Shown in pieces: positions 41,260-51,716 of a DNA stretch of 64,000 nucleotides. The number at the start of each line of letters is the position of its first letter. Position 1 is the stretch's first letter. This DNA is from Halarcobacter sp. (GTDB taxonomy: Bacteria > Campylobacterota > Campylobacteria > Campylobacterales > Arcobacteraceae): assembly GCA_963676565.1 (NCBI GenBank), contig OY781089.1:1248001-1312000 (forward strand). The letters are read 5' to 3'. The position numbers and the translations under genes were made by a program. A model generated the notes under the pieces. That model did not search any database. It was not told the origin of the DNA and worked only from the letters and a program-made list of their open reading frames with translations.

Positions 41260-42459
41260 AAGACTCAATACTTATTTACTAGTGAAGTAGTAAGTCCAGG
41301 ACACCCTGATAAATGTGCAGATATTATTGCAGACTCAATTGTAGATAAACTAATTATTGAAGATAGCGAAAGTAGAGTAGCTTCTGAAGTGTTTGTAGCA
41401 GGTAAACATGTTGTAATTGGTGGTGAAGTAAAATCAAAAACTCAATTAACTCAAGAAGATTATGAAAAGATTGTAAAAGATGCACTTGCAAAAATTGGAT
41501 ATGATGGAAAATCAAGCTTTACAAAAGAGCAATGCTTACATCCAGATGATGTACAAGTTCAAGTATTATTAAATCAACAATCTCCTGATATATCTCAAGG
41601 GGTTGATCAAACTACAGGTGAAATTGGAGCAGGTGACCAAGGTATTATGTTTGGATTTGCTTCAAATGAAACTGCTGATTTAATGCCAGCAGCTATCACA
41701 TATGCTAGAATGCTTGCTGATAAAGTTTATAATTATGCTTTAAATCATAATCATAAACTTGGTGTTGATATTAAAACTCAAGTAACAGTTGATTATGGTA
41801 CAAAAGAGAATTTTGAAAACTGTAAACCTCAAAAAATTCATACAATTGTTGTAAGTGCTCCTTCTGTTGAAGGAATGCCAATTGAAGAGGTAAGAGAACT
41901 TATTCAAGGTTTAATTGATGATACAGGATTACCAACTGATATGTATAAAAAAGATGAAACAATTATTCATATTAACCCAACAGGAAGATATGTAAATCAT
42001 TCATCTTTACATGATAGTGGATTAACAGGAAGAAAACTAATTGTAGATTCATTTGGTGGTTATTCTCCTATTGGTGGAGGAGCACAATCTTCAAAGGATT
42101 ATACAAAAGTTGACAGAAGTGGATTATATGCTGCAAGATGGATTGCAAAAAATATTGTTGCCGCAGGACTTGCAAAAAAAGCGATTGTACAAATTTCATA
42201 TGCAATAGGTGTTGCAAAGCCTACTTCAGTTTCTATTGATACTATGGGTACATATACAAAGCTAGATGATGATAAACTATCAGAATTTATTATGAACGAG
42301 TACTCTTTAACTCCAAGATGGATTACTGAGAAGTTTGGTTTAGATAAACCTTCAGAGGAAACATTCCTTTATGCAGATGTTGCTTCTAGAGGACAAGTTG
42401 GTCAAAGTGATTACCCTTGGGAAAAACTTGACGAAGTTGAAAAACTAAAAAAACTATAA
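41251..42459 (+). CDS. metK: S-adenosylmethionine synthetase
   Basis: FTSE.V..GHPDK, GAGDQG, DSGLTGRK, GGGA.S.KD..KVDRS. Confidence 0.98.
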   Translation: MENKTQYLFTSEVVSPGHPDKCADIIADSIVDKLIIEDSESRVASEVFVAGKHVVIGGEVKSKTQLTQEDYEKIVKDALAKIGYDGKSSFTKEQCLHPDDVQVQVLLNQQSPDISQGVDQTTGEIGAGDQGIMFGFASNETADLMPAAITYARMLADKVYNYALNHNHKLGVDIKTQVTVDYGTKENFENCKPQKIHTIVVSAPSVEGMPIEEVRELIQGLIDDTGLPTDMYKKDETIIHINPTGRYVNHSSLHDSGLTGRKLIVDSFGGYSPIGGGAQSSKDYTKVDRSGLYAARWIAKNIVAAGLAKKAIVQISYAIGVAKPTSVSIDTMGTYTKLDDDKLSEFIMNEYSLTPRWITEKFGLDKPSEETFLYADVASRGQVGQSDYPWEKLDEVEKLKKL

Positions 42460-42608
42460 TATAACAGGCTTTATTCTTAAAGCCCTTTAGTTTTTCTCAA
42501 AGAGAGTTTAGCAACAAGCTACTTTTAACAATTTTTTATAAATTGTGTTAAAAAGTAGAAGAATATAAAATGGTCCCTTTTAATGGGGACAATTAAAAGG
42601 AAAAAAAT

Positions 42609-43481
42609 ATGGATTTAAAAAACCTGTTTAGTAAAATTTCATTTGACAAAAGTGAGAAAGAACAACCAACACAAAAAGATGCCCCTACACACTGGGTAAA
42701 ATGCCCAGAATGTGCTTCTTTAATGTTTTTTAAAGAGGTTGAAAATCAAAATAATATTTGTCCAAAATGTAATTTTCACATGAGAATTGGTGCTAAAAGA
42801 AGAATTGAAATTTTAGCAGATCTTGACTCATTTGTAGAATATGATGCTGAATTAAAACCCGTTGACCCTCTAAAATTTGTAGATAAAAAATCTTACAAAA
42901 AAAGAGTTGATGAAGCTGTGAAAAAAACAGGTAGAACATCAGCTGTTATAAGTGGTGAATGTACTATAAATGATGTTCCAGTTCAAATTGTTGTATTTGA
43001 TTTTGCTTTCATGGGTGGAAGTTTAGGTTCAGTTGAAGGTGAAAAAATCGTAAGAGCTGTTGATAGAGCTATGGAGAAACACCAAGGTTTAATTATTGTA
43101 TCTGCTTCAGGTGGAGCTAGAATGCAAGAATCAACTTTTGCATTAATGCAAATGGCTAAAACATCAGCAGCATTGAAAAAAATGGATAAAGCTAAGCTTC
43201 CTTTTATTTCGGTTTTAACAGACCCAACTATGGGTGGTGTTTCTGCATCATTTGCCTTTTTAGGTGATATTATTATGGCAGAACCAGGTGCACTTATTGG
43301 TTTTGCAGGTCAAAGAGTTATTAAACAAACAATTGGTGCAGATTTACCAGAAGGATTTCAAAGAGCTGAATTCCTACTTGAAAAAGGTTCAATTGATATG
43401 GTTGTTAATAGAAGTGATATGAAAAGAACATTATCAGATCTTTTAACAATGTTTAAAAAAGCACCTGTACACGCAAGCTAA
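42609..43481 (+). CDS. accD: Acetyl-CoA carboxylase carboxyltransferase beta
   Basis: Zn finger [22 protein letters not shown]. Confidence 0.97.
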   Translation: MDLKNLFSKISFDKSEKEQPTQKDAPTHWVKCPECASLMFFKEVENQNNICPKCNFHMRIGAKRRIEILADLDSFVEYDAELKPVDPLKFVDKKSYKKRVDEAVKKTGRTSAVISGECTINDVPVQIVVFDFAFMGGSLGSVEGEKIVRAVDRAMEKHQGLIIVSASGGARMQESTFALMQMAKTSAALKKMDKAKLPFISVLTDPTMGGVSASFAFLGDIIMAEPGALIGFAGQRVIKQTIGADLPEGFQRAEFLLEKGSIDMVVNRSDMKRTLSDLLTMFKKAPVHAS

Positions 43482-43487
43482 TTTAAT

Positions 43488-43524
43488 ATGAAGTCTTAGT
43501 TTACAGGTTCTAAGACTTCATTTT
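43488..43524 (+). terminator. Intrinsic terminator after accD
   Basis: ATGAAGTCTTAG/CTAAGACTTCAT 12-bp stem followed by T-run. Confidence 0.7.
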
Positions 43525-43531
43525 CTAATTT

Positions 43532-43990
43532 ATGAATAAAATAAATATATACGCAATTGTAAAACCATCAAAAGATGAGTTTGACAAAATCTCCAACGAT
43601 TTTATAAAGATGTGTTTAAAATATGCAAAGGTTGAAGTACATTGTATTTTTAATAAAAATATTGCAAAAGCCCAAACAATATCTGAATCTGAAGCTCAAA
43701 AGTCATATACCCAAGCCTTTGAACCATATATGAAAGGTTACTGTATTGCCCTTGATGTTTTAGGAAAAAAGCTTGACAGCTTTGAGTTTTCAGAAATTAT
43801 TAGTAATAATAATGAAGTTAATTTTTTTATAGGTGGCGCATTTGGTTTTGAAAGAGATTTTTTAAAAAAATGCAATAAATCTATAAGTCTAAGTTCTTTA
43901 ACAATGGCTCATAAAATCGTTACTCTTGTATTACTTGAACAAGTTTTCAGAGGATTGGCAATAAAAAATAATCATCCATATCATAAGTAA
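43532..43990 (+). CDS. rlmH: 23S rRNA pseudouridine1915 N3-methyltransferase
   Basis: FFIGGA.G, SLS.LT..H, EQ.FR......HPYHK. Confidence 0.92.
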   Translation: MNKINIYAIVKPSKDEFDKISNDFIKMCLKYAKVEVHCIFNKNIAKAQTISESEAQKSYTQAFEPYMKGYCIALDVLGKKLDSFEFSEIISNNNEVNFFIGGAFGFERDFLKKCNKSISLSSLTMAHKIVTLVLLEQVFRGLAIKNNHPYHK

Positions 43991-44038
43991 TTTATGTAAA
44001 TTTCAGTATAATTGCGAAATTTTTTTATAGGGAAAAAT

Positions 44039-44392
44039 ATGGCTAACACAAAACAGATTGATGAGTTAAAGATAATCTTACAAGAAAGAAAAGAGAAAAT
44101 CACTAAGAATATTCAAGGAAGTAGGGACAGTATTGATTCTTTAAAAGATTCTGAATGTAAAGATGAGTATGATTATGCTGAAGTTTCTAGTGATAGTTTT
44201 AAAGAAGGTATTATTGCTAATCAGCAAATAAAAGAACTTGAAGAGATTGAGGCAGCGTTAAAAAGAATTGATAAAGGTACTTATGGTATTTGTGAGATGT
44301 GTGACGAGTCTATTGCAATTGGTAGATTAAGAGCTAAGCCTTTCGCTAAGTATTGTACACCTTGTAGAGAGATTCACGAAAAAGAACAATAA
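44039..44392 (+). CDS. dksA: RNA polymerase-binding protein DksA
   Basis: DEYDYA coiled-coil tip, YGICEMC...I...RL.A.P.A..C..C; start moved to ATG 44039. Confidence 0.92.
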   Translation: MANTKQIDELKIILQERKEKITKNIQGSRDSIDSLKDSECKDEYDYAEVSSDSFKEGIIANQQIKELEEIEAALKRIDKGTYGICEMCDESIAIGRLRAKPFAKYCTPCREIHEKEQ

Positions 44393-44407
44393 AAAAAAGG
44401 ATTAAGC

Positions 44408-45418
44408 GTGGGACTTAAAAAATATATAGGATTTTCGTTATTATTGATTATTGCCGTAGGGCTTTATGTATTCAGTATTGAAAATGGAGATTATAGATTA
44501 ACATTCTTAGATTTTTCACTTTTACTACCAACTGTAATTTGGATACTAGTTCCACTAGTAATACTATTTATTTTTTCGGTTTTACACCTTTTATTTTATG
44601 GCTCAATAAACTATTGTAAAAATAGGTCATATATTAAAGATGAAGAAGCGATAATTGATGTTTTAAAATCAATGCTACTTCAAAAGAATGACAAAAAAAG
44701 ACTTAAGACTCCAGGTTTTAAAAATCTTAGTTCAATTTTAAAACAATTTAAACTTGAAGTTGGTGACTCAACATTTACTTCAACAAATGAAGGTTTAAAT
44801 TTAGTTGTTTCTCAAATTAAAGATATTAAAGCTGGAAAATACGTAAATGAAAAAACTCTTAAATTAGATCCAAATAGTGAACTTGCTAAACAAAATCTAA
44901 TTAATAAGATGAATGAACAACCTGATTTTTCGTTAGACATTCTAAAAAAATCAACTAACTATTCTACTGACATTGTTAATAAAGCTTTTGATAATGTTGT
45001 AGAAACAAAAACAATGACAACTATAAAAAAAGTTTATAACAATATCAAATTAGATAGAGAAAAAGCATATAAACTATTTTTAAAAGATATTGAAAATATT
45101 GAATTTGGTTTAACAAAAGAAGAGATTTTAAAAATTACAAAATCACTAAATTATACTCAAGAAGAATATGTTAATTTGGCAAGACTTTACAAAGAAGTTT
45201 TATCTCCAGATAAATTACTAGAGCTTTTTGAAACATTATCAAATGAAAATGATGAAGCTACAACTGCATATTTTTATGTTTTATGTGAGCTTGAAATGAT
45301 TGAAAAATTAAGAGATCTTTTAAGTGGATATAATGATGATGAGATGGTGCCATTTAGAGCTATTTTAGATCTAAAAGAGGCTGGTAAACACTACTCACTT
45401 GATGATATTATAATTTAA
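44408..45418 (+). CDS. Hypothetical membrane protein
   Basis: Two N-terminal TM segments, helical soluble domain; AAAGGA RBS before GTG. Confidence 0.7.
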   Translation: MGLKKYIGFSLLLIIAVGLYVFSIENGDYRLTFLDFSLLLPTVIWILVPLVILFIFSVLHLLFYGSINYCKNRSYIKDEEAIIDVLKSMLLQKNDKKRLKTPGFKNLSSILKQFKLEVGDSTFTSTNEGLNLVVSQIKDIKAGKYVNEKTLKLDPNSELAKQNLINKMNEQPDFSLDILKKSTNYSTDIVNKAFDNVVETKTMTTIKKVYNNIKLDREKAYKLFLKDIENIEFGLTKEEILKITKSLNYTQEEYVNLARLYKEVLSPDKLLELFETLSNENDEATTAYFYVLCELEMIEKLRDLLSGYNDDEMVPFRAILDLKEAGKHYSLDDIII

Positions 45419-45421
45419 TAT

Positions 45422-46354
45422 ATGACTAATAAAATTGATTTTAGCCAGCCCCTTATGGTGCTGGCTCCCCTTGCTGGATATACTGACTTACCCTTTCGTG
45501 CTGTTGTTAAAAAGTTTGGTGCAGATATTACAATATCTGAAATGATATCATCAAATGCTCTTGTTTATAAATCTGAAAAAACAAGAAAAATGATTGAGAA
45601 AGCACCATCTGAAGATCCATATATTGTGCAAATTGCAGGGAATAAACCTGAACTAGTTAGAGATGCTGTACAAATATTAAATGATATTGATGGTATTGAC
45701 GGCATTGATTTAAATTGTGGTTGTCCTGCTCCAAAAGTTTTTAATCATGGAAGTGGTTCTAACCTTTTAGGTGATTTGAAAAAGCTTGAGGAGATTTTAA
45801 CAACTGTAAAAAAATACAATAAAAAACAATACACTACAGCAAAAGTTAGAATTGGGGTAAATGAAAAAATACCAGTTGAAATTGCAAAAGTTGTTGAAGC
45901 TTGTGGGGTTGATTATATCGCTGTGCATGGAAGAACAAGAGCAGGTAAATATAAAGCACCAGTTGATTATGATGCAATAAAAGCTATGAAAGAAGCAGTT
46001 TCTATCCCTGTTATTGCAAATGGTGATATTACAGATTATGAGAAAGCAAAAGATGTTTTAGCTCATACAAATGCAGATGGTCTTATGATTGGAAGAGCTG
46101 CAATTGGAAAACCATGGATTTTTTATCAATTAAAATATGGTATTGAAAATATTACTGAAGAAAAGAAAAGAGAAATTATACTTGAACATTTTGATGAAGT
46201 TTTAAAGTTTCATGGAGAACATGGAGCAATTATGTTTAGAAAACTTCTTCACTCTTACTCTAAAGGCTATAAAGGTGCAGCTGAATTTAGAGATATTATA
46301 AATCGTGTAAATGATAAACAAATTATGCGGGATATGATAGAAAACTTTTTTTAA
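45422..46354 (+). CDS. dusB: tRNA-dihydrouridine synthase
   Basis: LAPLAGYTD.PFR, DLNCGCP, HGRT, ANGDI, MIGR. Confidence 0.9.
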   Translation: MTNKIDFSQPLMVLAPLAGYTDLPFRAVVKKFGADITISEMISSNALVYKSEKTRKMIEKAPSEDPYIVQIAGNKPELVRDAVQILNDIDGIDGIDLNCGCPAPKVFNHGSGSNLLGDLKKLEEILTTVKKYNKKQYTTAKVRIGVNEKIPVEIAKVVEACGVDYIAVHGRTRAGKYKAPVDYDAIKAMKEAVSIPVIANGDITDYEKAKDVLAHTNADGLMIGRAAIGKPWIFYQLKYGIENITEEKKREIILEHFDEVLKFHGEHGAIMFRKLLHSYSKGYKGAAEFRDIINRVNDKQIMRDMIENFF

Positions 46355-46397
46355 AAACTTTTTAGATAGAATATTAAACTTTTTACAAAGGAAATAT

Positions 46398-47204
46398 TTG
46401 CCTGAATATTATTATGAATTAATTATTAAACCTTCAAATAACTATGAAATATTTGTTGATCTTTTAACATCTCTAACTGGCGATGCAATTGAAGAGTTGG
46501 ATGACACAATTATTGCAAGAAGTGAAGAGGACTTAAGTGATGTAGAGTTTGGGATAAAACAGTTCTCAAAGGCTACTAATATAGAGTGTGAAACTATATT
46601 GTCAAAAAAAGAAAATATCGATTGGATAAAAAAATATCAAGAATCAGTTAAATCAATTGAGATTGATAGATTTTACATAAGACCATCTTGGGAAGAGCCT
46701 AAAGAGGATAAAATAAATATTATCATTGATCCTGCTTTATCTTTTGGTTCAGGTCACCATGAAACAACATACAGTTGTATAAAAGCAATCAATAAATATG
46801 TTGATGACAAAAAAAATGTTTTAGATGTAGGAACAGGAAGTGGTATTTTAGCATTAGCTGCAAAGAAACTAGGTGCTACAGTTGATGTATGTGATACAGA
46901 TGAAGTTTGTGTAAAAGATACAAAATCAAATTTTGAATTAAATAATGAGACATTTGATGATTCATGGTTAGGTAGCGCAAATAATGCAACAAAAAAATAT
47001 GATGTAGTTATTGCAAATATTGTTGCTGATGTTTTAGTCTTCATATCAAATGATTTAAAGAAATGCTTAAATGATGATGCTATTTTAATTGTATCAGGGA
47101 TATTGGATAAACATATTGATAAGGTTTTAAGGAAATTTCAAGACTTAAAACAACTAGAACTTATTCAAAAAAATGAATGGGTTACTGTAGTATTTAAAAA
47201 ATAA
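46398..47204 (+). CDS. prmA: Ribosomal protein L11 methyltransferase
   Basis: IDPALSFGSGHHETT, LDVGTGSGIL, ANI. Confidence 0.95.
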   Translation: MPEYYYELIIKPSNNYEIFVDLLTSLTGDAIEELDDTIIARSEEDLSDVEFGIKQFSKATNIECETILSKKENIDWIKKYQESVKSIEIDRFYIRPSWEEPKEDKINIIIDPALSFGSGHHETTYSCIKAINKYVDDKKNVLDVGTGSGILALAAKKLGATVDVCDTDEVCVKDTKSNFELNNETFDDSWLGSANNATKKYDVVIANIVADVLVFISNDLKKCLNDDAILIVSGILDKHIDKVLRKFQDLKQLELIQKNEWVTVVFKK

Positions 47205-47219
47205 AGGGAGTTATATTTA

Positions 47220-49304
47220 ATGAAAGACAAAAACAACAAAAATGGTGGAGATAATAACAATAATTTTTTTAATAACAATCCACTTTTAGTATTTGTAATT
47301 TTTTCTATAGTTACAATTTTTGTGTTTAAAGCAATTTTTCCAGAGGGAAGTTCAAGCCCTATGGATACACAAACAAGTTCATCTGCATTTGGACAAGCTG
47401 CTAAAAAAACAGTTCCATATTCTGATTTAAAGAAATTAATTGAAAATGGACAAATTGAGTATGTAGGTATTGGTAACACACAAATTAAAGCTGTTAGTAA
47501 ACCTTCAGGTGGAAAAGTTACAACTTATACAGCAAGAAGAGTTATACCTGATGAAACATTAGTTCCTAGTTTAGAGAAAAAAGGTATTGCTTATGGTGGA
47601 ATTAATGAAGAAAATCTAATTGCAGACATTCTTTTTGGATGGGTATTGCCAATTTTTATCTTCTTTGCTATTTGGATGTTCTTAGCAAAAAGAATGTCAA
47701 AATCAATGGGTGGAGGTTCAGGAGGAATCCTTGGAATTGGAAGCTCTAAAAAAATGATTAATTCTGAAAAACCAAATGTAAAATTTGATGATATGGCAGG
47801 AAATGTAGAAGCAAAAGAAGAGGTTCAAGAGGTTGTTGATTTCCTTTCTGACCCTGATAGATATGTTAAACTTGGAGCACAAATCCCTAAAGGTGTGCTT
47901 TTAGTAGGACCTCCTGGAACAGGTAAAACATTACTTGCAAAAGCAGTTGCCGGAGAAGCTAGTGTTGAATTCCTATCTGTTTCAGGTTCTGCATTTATTG
48001 AGATGTTTGTAGGTGTTGGTGCATCGAGAGTTAGAGATTTATTTGAACAAGCAAAAAAAGTTGCACCTGCAATTATTTTTATTGATGAGATTGATGCCAT
48101 TGGTAAAAGTAGAGCTAGTGGTGGACCAATGGGTGGCAATGATGAAAGAGAGCAAACATTAAATCAGCTTTTAGCTGAAATGGATGGTTTCTCAACTGAA
48201 AGTGCACCAGTTATTGTACTAGCAGCTACAAATAGACCAGAAGTTTTAGACCCAGCATTATTAAGACCAGGAAGATTTGATAGACAAGTACTTGTTGATA
48301 AGCCTGATTTTGAAGGTAGAAAAGAAATTTTACAAGTTCATATCAAAAAAGTTAAACTTGGTCGTGATGTTGACTTAGTTGAAGTAGCTAAAATGACTGC
48401 AGGTCTTGCTGGAGCGGATTTAGCAAATATTGTAAACGAAGCAGCACTATTAGCTGGTAGAGGAAAAAAAGAAGAGGTTTCGGCAAGTCATTTTAAAGAA
48501 GCAGTTGAAAGACAAATTGCTGGACTTGAAAAGAAATCAAGAAGAATCTCTCCAAAAGAAAGAAAAATTGTTGCATACCATGAATCTGGACATGCTGTTA
48601 TTGCAGAAATTACAAAGGGTGCTAAAAAAGTAAATAAAGTATCTATTGTTCCAAGAGGTCTTGCAGCACTAGGTTATACATTAAATACTCCAGAAGAGAA
48701 TAAATACTTAATGCAAAAACATGAGTTAATTGCTGAAGTTGATGTTTTACTTGGAGGTCGTGCAGCCGAACAAGTATTTATTGGTGAAATAAGTACTGGT
48801 GCAGGAAATGACTTAGAAAGAGCAACTGATATTATTAAATCTATGGCTTCTGTATATGGTATGAGTGATATTGCAGGTCTTATGGTTTTAGAAAAAAGAA
48901 CTAATCAGTTCTTAGGTGGTCAAACACAAAAAGATTTCTCTGATGAAATGGCTAAAAATCTAGATAGGTATGTAATTGATTTACTAAATGAAAGATATGA
49001 AGTTGTATTAAAGTCTTTAGAAGATAATAGAGATGCCATTGAAGAGATGACAGCTGAGTTATTGGATGTTGAAGTTATTTCAGGAGCTAGAGTTAGAGAA
49101 TTAATTAAAGCTCATGGTGGAGTGGTTTTTGAAGAAGAGGATTTACATTCTGGTGCAATAGATGAAGAAACAAATGAAGAGAAAGATCCCCATACTCCTG
49201 AAAATGATGGTGAAGAAAAAAACCTAGATACAAATGAAAATAGTGAAGAAAAAACTGAAACTTCAGAAGAAGTATCTGAAAATAGTGAAGATAAAAAAGA
49301 ATAA
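47220..49304 (+). CDS. ftsH: ATP-dependent zinc metalloprotease FtsH
   Basis: GPPGTGKT, FIDEID, SRH, HESGH; acidic C-terminal tail. Confidence 0.98.
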   Translation: MKDKNNKNGGDNNNNFFNNNPLLVFVIFSIVTIFVFKAIFPEGSSSPMDTQTSSSAFGQAAKKTVPYSDLKKLIENGQIEYVGIGNTQIKAVSKPSGGKVTTYTARRVIPDETLVPSLEKKGIAYGGINEENLIADILFGWVLPIFIFFAIWMFLAKRMSKSMGGGSGGILGIGSSKKMINSEKPNVKFDDMAGNVEAKEEVQEVVDFLSDPDRYVKLGAQIPKGVLLVGPPGTGKTLLAKAVAGEASVEFLSVSGSAFIEMFVGVGASRVRDLFEQAKKVAPAIIFIDEIDAIGKSRASGGPMGGNDEREQTLNQLLAEMDGFSTESAPVIVLAATNRPEVLDPALLRPGRFDRQVLVDKPDFEGRKEILQVHIKKVKLGRDVDLVEVAKMTAGLAGADLANIVNEAALLAGRGKKEEVSASHFKEAVERQIAGLEKKSRRISPKERKIVAYHESGHAVIAEITKGAKKVNKVSIVPRGLAALGYTLNTPEENKYLMQKHELIAEVDVLLGGRAAEQVFIGEISTGAGNDLERATDIIKSMASVYGMSDIAGLMVLEKRTNQFLGGQTQKDFSDEMAKNLDRYVIDLLNERYEVVLKSLEDNRDAIEEMTAELLDVEVISGARVRELIKAHGGVVFEEEDLHSGAIDEETNEEKDPHTPENDGEEKNLDTNENSEEKTETSEEVSENSEDKKE

Positions 49305-49306
49305 TT

Positions 49307-49897
49307 ATGTTTGATAATATGATAGCAAAAGAGGGACACAAGAAAATTTTAGTGGCATTTATTGCCTTTTTGTTTTTTACAGTTTTAGAGTGTGGTTTAT
49401 TAACCTTTATCTCTTTTGCATCATTTATCTTCTTCCTTTATGCCTATAGGTATAAATATATAGATTTTAATACTTTAGAAAAGAATAAAATCTATGCACC
49501 TATATCAGGAAAAATTTCAGCTATAGATGTAAAAGATTTTAAAAAATCTATTTATATAGATGTTTCTTTATGTGATTCTCATATTTTAAGAAGTTTAGAC
49601 TCTGGTTTAGTAAAAATTAAAATTAAATATGGTCTTAATTTAGTTTTATCTTCACTTAGAGCAAAAAAACTTAACAGTAAAGCAATCTTTGAATATAAAG
49701 ATACAAAAATGGAAATTATTTCATCTTTATTTAATGACTCAATTGAAATAGAAAAAAAAGATGAATTTATCAAAGGTGAAAAAATAGGGACATTTTTAAA
49801 TGGACAAGTGATTATCACTTTAGATGAAAAATATGAAACTAACTTAAAGATAGGGCAGAAAGTAGAATCTGGTATTACTATTTTGGCAATAAAATAA
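49307..49897 (+). CDS. Phosphatidylserine decarboxylase-related protein (degenerate)
   Basis: IAKEG start, APISGKI, KGEKIG, GQKV.SG.T; no GS self-cleavage motif. Confidence 0.6.
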   Translation: MFDNMIAKEGHKKILVAFIAFLFFTVLECGLLTFISFASFIFFLYAYRYKYIDFNTLEKNKIYAPISGKISAIDVKDFKKSIYIDVSLCDSHILRSLDSGLVKIKIKYGLNLVLSSLRAKKLNSKAIFEYKDTKMEIISSLFNDSIEIEKKDEFIKGEKIGTFLNGQVIITLDEKYETNLKIGQKVESGITILAIK

Positions 49898-49904
49898 TAA
49901 ATCC

Positions 49905-49933
49905 TTGACAAAGAGAAATAAACACATTATAAT
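49905..49933 (+). promoter_or_regulatory. Sigma70 promoter of leu leader / leuA
   Basis: TTGACA-17 bp-TATAAT. Confidence 0.85.
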
Positions 49934-49962
49934 TTCTAACTTAAAACTTATAGGAGAGTAAA

Positions 49963-50040
49963 ATGAAAATATTTGATTTTTATAATAACCATTTCATCAA
50001 AAGTGTTAACTCTCTGCTGCTTCTTACAAAATCACTCTAA
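49963..50040 (+). CDS. Leucine-run leader peptide MKIFDFYNNHFIKSVNSLLLLTKSL
   Basis: AGGAGA RBS; CTG CTG CTT CTT run; sits between promoter and leuA. Confidence 0.8.
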   Translation: MKIFDFYNNHFIKSVNSLLLLTKSL

Positions 50041-50135
50041 TATTTAATTATAAATATTTAAAATAATCAAAATACAGTTTTTCTTTTTTTATAGAAAAAA
50101 AGATATAATAATCGACTTTTTAAAAGGTAATAACA

Positions 50136-51689
50136 ATGGATAAAAATAAAATTATAGTTTTTGATACAACTTTAAGGGATGGTGAACAATCGCCAGGTTG
50201 TTCTATGAATACAGAAGAGAAAATTAAAGTTGCATTACAGTTAGAAAAATTAGGTGTAGATGTAATTGAGGCAGGATTTGCAGCGGCAAGTCCAGGTGAT
50301 TTTGATGCTGTTAGTAGAATTGCAGAGATTGTTAAAAACTCTTCAATTTGTTCTTTATCAAGAGCAATAGAAAATGATATTAAACAATCTGGTTTAGCAG
50401 TTTCAAAAGCTCCATTACATAGAATTCACACATTTATTGCTACTTCACCAATTCATATGAAGTACAAATTAAAAATGGAGCCTGATGAAGTTATTAAAAG
50501 AGCAGTACATGCTGTCGAATATGCAAGAACATTTGTTGATGACGTAGAGTTTTCTTTAGAAGATGCAGGTCGTTCAGAAATATCATTTATGAAAGAGGTT
50601 ATGGATGCGGTAATAGCTGCTGGTGCTTCAACAATTAACTTACCTGATACTGTTGGATATAGATTACCAACTGAATTAGGTGCTATGGTTAAAGAATTAT
50701 CTGATTTTGCAGGAGATAGAGCAATAATCTCAGTTCACAATCATAATGACTTAGGTTTAGCAACAGCCAACACTTTATCCGCTGTTATTAATGGTGCAAG
50801 ACAAATAGAAGTTACAATTAATGGTTTAGGTGAAAGAGCAGGAAATTCATCTTTAGAAGAGGCTGTTATGGCAATTAAAACTAGAAAAGATGCATTTGGT
50901 GAACTTTATACAACTATTAATACTCCGGAGATTTACCCAACATCTAGATTAGTTGCTACAATTACTGGTGTTGAACCACAACAAAATAAAGCAATTGTTG
51001 GTAAAAATGCCTTTGCTCACGAAAGTGGTATTCACCAAGATGGTGTATTAAAACACCAAGAGACATATGAGATTATGAAACCTGAAGATGTAGGTGTTTA
51101 TAAAGATTCTACATTAATTTTAGGTAAACATAGTGGTAGAGCAGCATTTAGAGATAAAATTAATCATTTAGGTTTTGATAAAGTTAGTGATGAAGAGTTA
51201 AATGCAGCTTTTGAAAGATTTAAAGTATTAGCAGATAAGAAAAAAGAAGTTACTGATGATGATGTAAGAATGTTAATTACTGATGAATCTTTAAATCAAG
51301 ATAAGACTTATGAATTAATTGGTTTACAAATCTCTGATTGTTCATCAGGTACTCCAATGGCAGCAGTTACAATTAAACATAAAGATGAGATTTTAAGTGA
51401 TGCAAATATTGGTGATGGAACAATGGATGCAATCTTTAAAACAATTGATAGATTAACGGGGATTTCTGGTGATTTACAAAGCTATAATGTAACTTCTGTA
51501 ACAGAAGGTAAAGATGCATTAGCAAAAGTTACAACCAGAATTGCCTTTGAAAAAAACACTCCATCTTTTGTTGGACATGGATTAAGTATTGATACTATGC
51601 TTGCAACCGCAAAAGCTTATTTAGGAGCTGTTAACTCTTATCTTTCTCAAAAAGAAAGATTATCTAAAAAAACAGAACATCAAGTATAA
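50136..51689 (+). CDS. leuA: 2-isopropylmalate synthase
   Basis: [31 protein letters not shown], regulatory domain. Confidence 0.97.
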   Translation: MDKNKIIVFDTTLRDGEQSPGCSMNTEEKIKVALQLEKLGVDVIEAGFAAASPGDFDAVSRIAEIVKNSSICSLSRAIENDIKQSGLAVSKAPLHRIHTFIATSPIHMKYKLKMEPDEVIKRAVHAVEYARTFVDDVEFSLEDAGRSEISFMKEVMDAVIAAGASTINLPDTVGYRLPTELGAMVKELSDFAGDRAIISVHNHNDLGLATANTLSAVINGARQIEVTINGLGERAGNSSLEEAVMAIKTRKDAFGELYTTINTPEIYPTSRLVATITGVEPQQNKAIVGKNAFAHESGIHQDGVLKHQETYEIMKPEDVGVYKDSTLILGKHSGRAAFRDKINHLGFDKVSDEELNAAFERFKVLADKKKEVTDDDVRMLITDESLNQDKTYELIGLQISDCSSGTPMAAVTIKHKDEILSDANIGDGTMDAIFKTIDRLTGISGDLQSYNVTSVTEGKDALAKVTTRIAFEKNTPSFVGHGLSIDTMLATAKAYLGAVNSYLSQKERLSKKTEHQV

Positions 51690-51690
51690 G

Positions 51691-51711
51691 AGAGTACGGG
51701 AGTACTCTTTT
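51691..51711 (+). terminator. Probable terminator after leuA
   Basis: AGAGTAC-ggga-GTACTCT-TTT. Confidence 0.6.
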
Positions 51712-51716
51712 ATACT

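Noticed and set aside
42519..42590. Inverted repeats upstream of accD (CTACTTTT...AAAAGTAG; GTCCC/GGGAC)
   Set aside because: Mostly A/T pairing, compatible with ordinary terminator or promoter sequence; no specific call can be supported.
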